From Candidatus Saccharimonadota bacterium (GTDB lineage Bacteria > Patescibacteriota > Saccharimonadia > Saccharimonadales > OFTM59), in the NCBI GenBank assembly GCA_029260875.1, contig JAJDCL010000027.1, positions 7,354-71,353 on the forward strand: a stretch of 64,000 nucleotides of DNA, in the 5' to 3' direction. A program made the translations under genes and the position numbers. This document shows positions 37,310 to 43,733 of this stretch, in pieces. The stretch's first letter is position 1, and each line of letters begins with the position of its first letter. The notes under the pieces were generated by a model. It searched no databases. It had not been told where the DNA came from and worked only from the letters and a program-made list of their open reading frames with translations.

Positions 37310-37336
37310 TTAGCACTCATAATAGCCGAGTGCCAA
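37310..37336. promoter_or_regulatory. CIRCE operator (HrcA-binding inverted repeat)
   Basis: TTAGCACTC-N9-GAGTGCCAA versus the consensus TTAGCACTC-N9-GAGTGCTAA (1 mismatch), 63-89 nt upstream of groES. Confidence 0.85.
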
Positions 37337-37348
37337 ATCCCCTGTCAA
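37319..37348 (-). promoter_or_regulatory. groESL sigma-70-type promoter
   Basis: On the minus strand: TTGACA (37348-43), 18 nt spacer, TATTAT (37324-19). The -10 lies inside the CIRCE spacer. Confidence 0.6.
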
Positions 37349-37372
37349 GGATTATGGCTGACCATTCTTAGA

Positions 37373-37909
37373 TTAAGCCGCTGGTGTTCCAACTTTTTTC
37401 TCATAGACATTTAAACAAATGTCCATGAAGGCCCTGAGTTCGTGATCTTTGATTCCTGTAAGGGGGCCTATTGTGCCGTTAGATTTTTCTGCCATCATGG
37501 CACCTAAACCACCTTCATCCATAAAAGCTGATATAGCCAGGATACCTACATCATGAGAAAGCGGATCCCCATAAAAACCGTTTGCATTGGCTTTACTGCA
37601 ATACCCAAGCACTGGTCTTCCAAATGGTTTTTCATGCTCATCACCAACCCTCCAAAGCTCAACATCCAGTAATGTGCTTGCCATGTAGCGACACCGTAGT
37701 TGAAACGGTTCTATGGAGCAAGGAGCTGCATTGACTATGCTAACTCTTTCCACACCTAGGTGCTCCACCACTGGGACGCGGACAGTTACTGGCCGCGAAT
37801 CGGAAGGGAATTTTTGCCCTAATCTACGAAAATGAAAGAAAACAGGACGGCTTAACCGTACTTTATCAGCTTCAGGCATAGATTCTAGGTTGAATTCTGC
37901 GGTCCACAT
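37373..37909 (-). CDS. Hypothetical protein (178 aa from ATG 37909)
   Basis: The ORF-track start at 37933 is a TTG overlapping the upstream gene; ATG 37909 (MWTAEFNLE...) lies 14 nt after the upstream stop. No family recognised. Confidence 0.5.
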   Translation of the reverse strand: MWTAEFNLESMPEADKVRLSRPVFFHFRRLGQKFPSDSRPVTVRVPVVEHLGVERVSIVNAAPCSIEPFQLRCRYMASTLLDVELWRVGDEHEKPFGRPVLGYCSKANANGFYGDPLSHDVGILAISAFMDEGGLGAMMAEKSNGTIGPLTGIKDHELRAFMDICLNVYEKKVGTPAA

Positions 37910-37922
37910 ACTCTTGTCTACT

Positions 37923-38627
37923 TTATTGATCAATTACGGACATGCGGAATGAGCTGCCGTCCAAGGGCTCTGCGAGACGCTCAACAAGCACATTCGGCTC
38001 CCACCAATCAGTCAGGAACTTGGTTGGGACCAAACCATGATCAGCCAACGCCTGATGTAATATCTGCTCCATATCCGCGTAACGCTGAGATACTTCTTTC
38101 TTATCGGTTTCAGTCACTGGGCCGAACTGCTTGTTCAGGCCGGCACGTTCCAGCTCGTTATAGTCATCAGTGTTCAGAATGTGGTCTACGTTCACTCCAG
38201 AATCTATACGTTGCATGAAAACATACTGGTTGGGTAAGTCTGGACCGGTAATCATTCCGTAATAATCAGGTACGTGTATCCACCTCGGGACTTTTGACTG
38301 CTCGGCTTTTACGACCTCGTATATACGGTCCATTCGAAATAATGCATCTTTCATAGAATGGGCGTTAGTCTCCTTGACTAAAATGTCATCGGTCAAATGA
38401 TATACATAACTATTAGAACCGTGCATGAAAAAAGTACGTACATCAGCAGATTTACAAGCTTGGTCGCCAAGGGCTTTCCCCAGATAAAGGTGCACCCGCT
38501 CCTCTAATTCCGGCTGCTCAGCGAATACCTCTCGGCCACGGCTAGTCAAAATCACATTACAGTGATTGACATCAAATGAATGCCACTCTGCGCCGTCCGG
38601 TCTTGTAATTACTTCTATATTTCTCAT
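37923..38627 (-). CDS. Minimal protein-kinase-like-fold protein (Kdo/YrbL/RIO-like size)
   Basis: HGSNSYVYHL (G-loop-like), ILVKE (beta3 Lys), YVFMQRIDG (hinge), TDWWEPNVLVE (D-x4-N catalytic loop) and SVIDQ (metal Asp) occur in the canonical order. Confidence 0.45.
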   Translation of the reverse strand: MRNIEVITRPDGAEWHSFDVNHCNVILTSRGREVFAEQPELEERVHLYLGKALGDQACKSADVRTFFMHGSNSYVYHLTDDILVKETNAHSMKDALFRMDRIYEVVKAEQSKVPRWIHVPDYYGMITGPDLPNQYVFMQRIDSGVNVDHILNTDDYNELERAGLNKQFGPVTETDKKEVSQRYADMEQILHQALADHGLVPTKFLTDWWEPNVLVERLAEPLDGSSFRMSVIDQ

Positions 38628-38759
38628 AAGGGAACTTAGGTTTGGGTATATTAAACCTTAATAAGTATGGTTTTGCAATAGGAGTGTTAGTATCCTCTCA
38701 AAACATAGGAACTATATTCAAACCCCGCCATTTTATGCATTCAGAGATTGACCCTGGAT

Positions 38760-39431
38760 TTATAGGCCGTAAATAAGCTGCTGCTGTTCGTCGTGTGTGC
38801 ATACTGAAGCCAGATAATAAACTGGTTCGTCCCTATTACTACCATCTTCTAAGATCAAAGCTCGTATACCGTCGTCATTATTTATACTTAAATTATCGTC
38901 CTTATAAGGATTGAAGCTGGTGTGTTCCCGAGTAGCCGAAGGTTCAAGCGGGCGCAAGTCCCGGGCGCGTCTGTCTGGAGCGTCAATCTTGCTACCTATG
39001 TGACGGACTATGGCTTCTTCAATACCTACCATAACGGGCTCCGGGAATACCTGTTCATTGACCCGGGTGCGCTTACTGGCCTCGGTGACCCTGCCAAAGA
39101 GGAACGTCTTTCCGTTCGGACTGAACCTTTGCTCCAGCGGGACATCTATTTTTTTCTCGCTTAACCAGCCGACTTGACCCTGACTTATCTCACGGCTCTT
39201 GTTGGCCTGCGCTGCCTCAACCGCTTGCTGGACCAGTGTAACACCCATCTGCTGGGCAAGTTGCCAATATTTATCAGCTTCATTCTGCATGGCCTCGGCT
39301 CGCTCAAGTTCGGCTGCTTGCTCCGCAATGTATGCGCGGTCTTGATCATCTTGAGCTAATTGGGCAAGTTCATCCAGCGTCATGCGACGCTCCGCAAATA
39401 TATCCGGATTTTCTAATGTTTGTTTTGACAT
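38760..39431 (-). CDS. Hypothetical protein (223 aa)
   Basis: ORF only. The N-terminal half is helical and acidic; no motif recognised. Confidence 0.5.
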   Translation of the reverse strand: MSKQTLENPDIFAERRMTLDELAQLAQDDQDRAYIAEQAAELERAEAMQNEADKYWQLAQQMGVTLVQQAVEAAQANKSREISQGQVGWLSEKKIDVPLEQRFSPNGKTFLFGRVTEASKRTRVNEQVFPEPVMVGIEEAIVRHIGSKIDAPDRRARDLRPLEPSATREHTSFNPYKDDNLSINNDDGIRALILEDGSNRDEPVYYLASVCTHDEQQQLIYGL

Positions 39432-39465
39432 ACCATTACTATGGTAGCAGATTATAGCCTTATTG

Positions 39466-39711
39466 TCAATTTGCTGTCGGGGTGTTGTTTTGGAGTTCTG
39501 TAGTTAATTCTTGCAATAGCTCGAGCTTCCCTAACGCACTGGCAATACTGCCTAGGTATTGAGCATGCTCATCTGAGGTCGCCCACCTTTCAGGTCTCCG
39601 TTGATTAATCTCATTGGCCTCACCAATAAGATTTGCCTTCTTCTTCGCAAGCATTTCAACAAAAACTCCCCTGCACTCCGTACAAATATTAGGTTCTTGT
39701 CTACCTTCCAT
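39466..39711 (-). CDS. Hypothetical protein (81 aa)
   Basis: ORF preceded by a good promoter (see 39723-39751). Contains a single CxxC (CTEC). Confidence 0.45.
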   Translation of the reverse strand: MEGRQEPNICTECRGVFVEMLAKKKANLIGEANEINQRRPERWATSDEHAQYLGSIASALGKLELLQELTTELQNNTPTAN

Positions 39712-39722
39712 AAATTTAACCT

Positions 39723-39751
39723 ATAATAACATTATGCTCATACATTTGCAA
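39723..39751 (-). promoter_or_regulatory. Sigma-70-type promoter for the 39711 gene block
   Basis: Minus strand: TTGCAA (39751-46), 17 nt spacer, TATTAT (39728-23). Only 11 nt separate the -10 from the ATG, implying a very short leader. Confidence 0.5.
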
Positions 39752-39812
39752 AGTTATTGTACTGAACCGCACACTTTCTGAATCGGCAGGCTTATTGCCA
39801 AGTGCAGCCGGT

Positions 39813-39853
39813 GTTTTATCTGTTTGTGCGTGGGGAGCACAAACAGATAAAAC
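39813..39853 (-). terminator. Perfect 17-bp hairpin downstream of murE (terminator-like, no U-tract)
   Basis: GTTTTATCTGTTTGTGC-gtgggga-GCACAAACAGATAAAAC, 45 nt after the murE stop. Confidence 0.4.
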
Positions 39854-39898
39854 CCGCGCGTAACGGCCTAAAGAGGCAGGAAGTGTGGGTGATTCAGG

Positions 39899-41194
39899 TT
39901 ATTGTAATTTTAGTAGTTCTTGGGCGATTTGGTGTTCGTCCCAGGGGAGTTTTTTGTCGCCCATGTTGCGGTAATTTTGGTGGCCTATGCCGGCCAACAG
40001 GACCACATCGCCCTTTTTGGCCTCTTTGAAAGCAGCCTTAATCGCCTCTTTGCGATCCGCGATTTCAACAGTTTTGCTCTGCCCTTTCGCTTTTTTAATG
40101 CCCGCCATTATTTCTTGGCGTATAGAGGCAGGGTCTTCGGTATAGGTCTCGTCGTCGGTTAAAAAGATACGGTCAGCATTTTTGGCAGCAACCTCGCCCA
40201 TCATGGGTCGTTTAATTTTATCGCGGTCACCAGTGGCGCCAAAAACTACTAAAATTCTTCCTTTGCTAGTATCCCTTAGAGTTTTGAGAGCATTTTCGAG
40301 TGCGTCAGGCGTATAAGCGTAATCAACTATTACCGAAAAGTTCTGGCCAGCTAACACATTTTCCATTCGGCCGGGTACTGATTGTAAAGTTGCAAGTCCT
40401 TTTGCTATCTTTTCAGGTGTTATGCCCAACACGCTCACGGCAGCTGCCGCACATGCCGCGTTATAAGCGTTAAATTCGCCTGGTAACTGTATGTTCACAG
40501 GTATTTTATTGCCATCTAAATCAAGTTCAAAGTCGGTGCCCCTAGACGACAGCTTTATCTTACGCATAGTCACGTCACTGCCGCCCTTCTGGCCATAAAT
40601 GCTACAAGCCCCTACGCTCTGCTTGGCGAAGTAGTCAAACCACTTATCATCGTGATTTAGCACACAGTAAGTTGGCTGCATATAAAGGTTGAATAAGCGA
40701 GCTTTAGCCTCTGCGTAACGCTCCATAGTACCGTGGTAGTCCAGGTGTTCTTGGGTTAGATTAGTCATCACGGCTACCTCTATGGGAATACCACGAAGCT
40801 TGTGCTGATGCAGAGCATGGCTGGTCACTTCTAAAATAATAAAGTCTACTTCTGCCCGCTTGGCTTTGCGAAAGAAGTTTAATAAATCCGCTGTTAACGG
40901 CACCGTTGTATGGCGCAGATTGGGCTCCGCCTTGCCCGCCACCTCCACCACAGCAGTAGTAAACATCGCTGTCTTAAAACCGGCAGACTTTAAGGTCGCA
41001 TTAATAAACATGCAGGTGGTGGTCTTGCCGTTGGTGCCAGTTACAGCAATTACCCTAGCATTACGGGCCGGAAACCCGTAGCGAGCATGCGTTATAACCC
41101 TACGGCTTCGGCGGTAGCCTTCCTCCGCAAGTCGCGTAGCGCCCTTCGGCAGGACCTTGCGCACAATTTTCTTTGGGTTCATGCCTGCTGCCAT
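39899..41194 (-). CDS. murE: Mur ligase, UDP-N-acetylmuramoyl-tripeptide synthetase (MurE-like)
   Basis: VTGTNGKTTT P-loop, GEFNAYNAACAAA and PGRME. At 431 aa it has a short N-terminal domain. Confidence 0.75.
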   Translation of the reverse strand: MAAGMNPKKIVRKVLPKGATRLAEEGYRRSRRVITHARYGFPARNARVIAVTGTNGKTTTCMFINATLKSAGFKTAMFTTAVVEVAGKAEPNLRHTTVPLTADLLNFFRKAKRAEVDFIILEVTSHALHQHKLRGIPIEVAVMTNLTQEHLDYHGTMERYAEAKARLFNLYMQPTYCVLNHDDKWFDYFAKQSVGACSIYGQKGGSDVTMRKIKLSSRGTDFELDLDGNKIPVNIQLPGEFNAYNAACAAAAVSVLGITPEKIAKGLATLQSVPGRMENVLAGQNFSVIVDYAYTPDALENALKTLRDTSKGRILVVFGATGDRDKIKRPMMGEVAAKNADRIFLTDDETYTEDPASIRQEIMAGIKKAKGQSKTVEIADRKEAIKAAFKEAKKGDVVLLAGIGHQNYRNMGDKKLPWDEHQIAQELLKLQ

Positions 41195-41248
41195 ACTTCT
41201 AATGATACATCACCCTCTAAAAGAACGCTCAAAAATTCCTAAACCCAA

Positions 41249-41286
41249 CTTAACAAATGTGGTCCGATCGGACACATTATGTTAAG
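41249..41286. promoter_or_regulatory. Palindromic operator-like site, copy B (CTTAACAAATGTGGTCCGATCGGACACATTATGTTAAG)
   Basis: Two-fold symmetric around CGATCG. The right arm TGTTAAGAT reads as an extended -10 (TGnTAAGAT) 6 nt before the ATG of the PaaX-like gene. Confidence 0.6.
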
Positions 41287-41294
41287 ATATTGTC

Positions 41295-41774
41295 ATGTCT
41301 AGGAAGAAGTATTCTACGCTGGAATATGTGCTGATTTCGTTAATTCCTTATTCCAGACCAAATATGCTACTAAGTTTTAAGCCTCATGAGTACTTTAATG
41401 AACTGGAACGTATAAGCAGGGCTAAACGGTCTACACTCCAGAGCACCTTGGCCCGCGCACAAAATAAAGGCCTAGTGCAAAGACACAAAGGGGTGCCCAG
41501 GCTGACCGCAGAAGGGAAAATCCGGGTCAGGCCATATACCGCACAAATTTTAAACAAAGACGTGGTACTTATGGTGATATTTGATATCCCCGAAGAGATT
41601 AAATATCGCCGGAGACAATTTCGGCGATTGCTGCGGCAACTTGACTTTAACCAAACACAAAAAAGCGTGTGGACAACCCGTTTTGATTATCGTAAGGAAG
41701 TCATTGAAGCCGCTAAAATTCTCGGTATCCGCGAGTACGTGCAAATTTTTGAGTCGGCCAGAATTTCTCTGTGA
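41295..41774 (+). CDS. PaaX-like transcriptional regulator (wHTH + Cas2-like ferredoxin-fold C-terminal domain)
   Basis: DVVLMVIFDIPEEIKYRRRQFRRLLRQLDFNQTQKSVWTT fits the PaaX-family 'w.lv.fdiPe..r..R..lr..L...gF..l..svW' pattern. The N-terminus is wHTH-like (TLQSTLARAQNKGLV). Confidence 0.5.
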   Translation: MSRKKYSTLEYVLISLIPYSRPNMLLSFKPHEYFNELERISRAKRSTLQSTLARAQNKGLVQRHKGVPRLTAEGKIRVRPYTAQILNKDVVLMVIFDIPEEIKYRRRQFRRLLRQLDFNQTQKSVWTTRFDYRKEVIEAAKILGIREYVQIFESARISL

Positions 41775-41775
41775 T

Positions 41776-41813
41776 ATTAACAAAACAAGTCCTATCGGAC
41801 ATATTATGTTAAG
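41776..41813. promoter_or_regulatory. Palindromic operator-like site, copy C (ATTAACAAAACAAGTCCTATCGGACATATTATGTTAAG)
   Basis: 32 of 38 positions identical to copy B. Lies 2 nt after the regulator stop and 47 nt before tsaD. Confidence 0.55.
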
Positions 41814-41859
41814 TGTTGGTAGTAGGTGGTTGAGTGGATTTCGCTTATCATAGCTGTGA

Positions 41860-42933
41860 ATGAAAATACTTGGAATTGAGACGAGCTGTGATGAGACTGC
41901 TGCGGCTATCGTAGAGTTCACTGACCAACGAAAACTGCGACTTTTATCTAATGAGATTTTAAGCAGTATGGACTTGCACGCTATGTACGGCGGAGTGGTA
42001 CCAGAGATTGCAGCGCGCTCGCATATCGAGGCCATTATGCCTGTAATTGAACGAGCCTTAGCGGATGCTAACTGTACATGGGACGGCATTGATGGGGTCG
42101 CAGTAACTTACGGTGCGGGTCTTGGGGGCTCTCTGTTAATCGGCGTTTTAACTGCCCGGACTTTGGCAATAATCAAAAACAAACCGCTCTATAGAATTAA
42201 CCATGTTGAGGGACATATTTACGCTAACTTTTTAACTGAGACTCCCCTGCCCGGTTACGTCTTGCCCAAAAACCAGCCGGAGTTTCCGCTGCTTGGCTTA
42301 ATTGTCTCTGGGGGGCATAGCCAATTAGTGCTTTGGAAAGATCATTTTGACTATACCCTGCTCGGCCAGACTCAGGACGATGCTATCGGCGAGGCGTTTG
42401 ATAAGGTGGCCAAGGTTCTTGGTCTACCCTACCCCGGTGGCCCAAACCTTGGCAAAAAGGCACATGACGGAAACCCGCTCGCCTTTGACCTGCCCAAATC
42501 TAAAATGCCCGGCAAATATGACTTTAGTTTTTCTGGCATAAAAACGGCCGTTTTAAGGCTTGCGCAGGCTCAGATTGGGGAAGATTACAGCTTTCCCTCT
42601 TTCAGGCTGGCAGAGAGGCTATCTGAAGCCCAGAAAGCAGACATTGCCGCCAGCTTCCAGCGAGTAGCCATAGAAACAATCGTGGACAAAACCATTCAGG
42701 CGTATGAAGAGTTTCAGCCAAAGACGGTTGTTGTGGGCGGAGGCGTTGCAGCCAGCCTTGAGCTACGCCAACAGTTATCACGACGACTCCCCTTGCCTAT
42801 TGAATACACCGACCCCAAACTTTGCACAGATAACGGCGCTATGATTGCTGCATTAGGATGCTACAAATCAGTCCTTAACCAAGCACGGGCTGACCCGTAC
42901 ACCCTGGATATCCATCCTAACCTGAGCATGTAG
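41860..42933 (+). CDS. tsaD: tRNA N6-adenosine threonylcarbamoyltransferase
   Basis: MKILGIETSCDETAAAIV, SHIEA, VSGGHSQL and GGGVAAS motifs of TsaD/Kae1. Confidence 0.95.
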   Translation: MKILGIETSCDETAAAIVEFTDQRKLRLLSNEILSSMDLHAMYGGVVPEIAARSHIEAIMPVIERALADANCTWDGIDGVAVTYGAGLGGSLLIGVLTARTLAIIKNKPLYRINHVEGHIYANFLTETPLPGYVLPKNQPEFPLLGLIVSGGHSQLVLWKDHFDYTLLGQTQDDAIGEAFDKVAKVLGLPYPGGPNLGKKAHDGNPLAFDLPKSKMPGKYDFSFSGIKTAVLRLAQAQIGEDYSFPSFRLAERLSEAQKADIAASFQRVAIETIVDKTIQAYEEFQPKTVVVGGGVAASLELRQQLSRRLPLPIEYTDPKLCTDNGAMIAALGCYKSVLNQARADPYTLDIHPNLSM

Positions 42934-43476
42934 CTAATCTATAAACCGCCAGCGTGGTTGCCCTTCTTCAGTGTATTCTGCAGCTAAGCCCTGTAGAACA
43001 GCGCGTCGCCACATCGCCCGCACCCATTCGCTCCTGTTGTTCACGGCAGGACCAGAGTCTAAGGGTTCGCCAAAAATTAATTTGCTGATGCTGTTCATGG
43101 CTAGTAGACGACGGCGCCCATACCCTTTCTCCCTAAAGCCCTCAGTAGTTTCTATGTAAGCGACAAATGGTGCTTGGCCTGAGCCCTGGGGTCGCCTGAT
43201 GCCCCCATGACCCGTCCTCTTATTGGAATTGTTAAACTCTACTACGTACACCATGGCGTCATAACCTTCCCCGGTAATTTTAATGCCCTGTCTCTGGTAA
43301 GGCAGCCCGTAGAGCCTGGCATCATCATACTTTATTACAAGAGGCTCCCCCACCCCTTCAACCACCGTAATATCCGGCAACACTAAAGTACTAAAAAAAC
43401 TGCGTGCACCCTGTGGCAAATCTTCTAATTTCAGCATTTCAATCGGTGGTGGGTTTTTTTCAAACTGCTCTGACAT
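42934..43476 (-). CDS. Hypothetical protein, possibly GNAT-like acetyltransferase
   Basis: VAYIETTEGFREKGYGRRRLLAM resembles GNAT motif A (R/Q-x-x-G-x-G/A). Weak. Confidence 0.35.
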   Translation of the reverse strand: MSEQFEKNPPPIEMLKLEDLPQGARSFFSTLVLPDITVVEGVGEPLVIKYDDARLYGLPYQRQGIKITGEGYDAMVYVVEFNNSNKRTGHGGIRRPQGSGQAPFVAYIETTEGFREKGYGRRRLLAMNSISKLIFGEPLDSGPAVNNRSEWVRAMWRRAVLQGLAAEYTEEGQPRWRFID

Positions 43477-43515
43477 CTTCTTTTATTTAACAATCAGATA
43501 ATTGACTGTCAATGC

Positions 43516-43544
43516 TTGACCCCTGTAGAAGTGATTGCTATACT
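43516..43544 (+). promoter_or_regulatory. Sigma-70-type promoter for valS
   Basis: TTGACC (43516-21), 17 nt spacer, TATACT (43539-44). This leaves a leader of about 180 nt. Confidence 0.5.
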
Positions 43545-43733
43545 GCTTATGCAAAACAAACATGTGCGACATCATTGCCCGGGCGGGCATGTACCTTGGA
43601 AACAAAAGGGTGAGAAAATTTAGCAGATATAGCGAGAGGTTTCATGTGAAAACCTTTGATTTTATTTGCTAATTTCATGTGAAAATGCACCTCTGTTGAA
43701 AGAGGATCTCTTAGGTGTTATGATAAAAGCTAT

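Noticed and set aside
41550-42089. 179-aa minus-strand ORF spanning the PaaX-like gene, the operator copy and the tsaD start
   Set aside because: It is antisense to two well-supported genes and crosses an intergenic regulatory site. No motif was found.
43545-43733. T-box riboswitch upstream of valS
   Set aside because: There is no AGGGTGGNACCGCG-like T-box sequence, no recognisable stem I with a GUN specifier, and no AG bulge. I kept it only as an unclassified structured leader.
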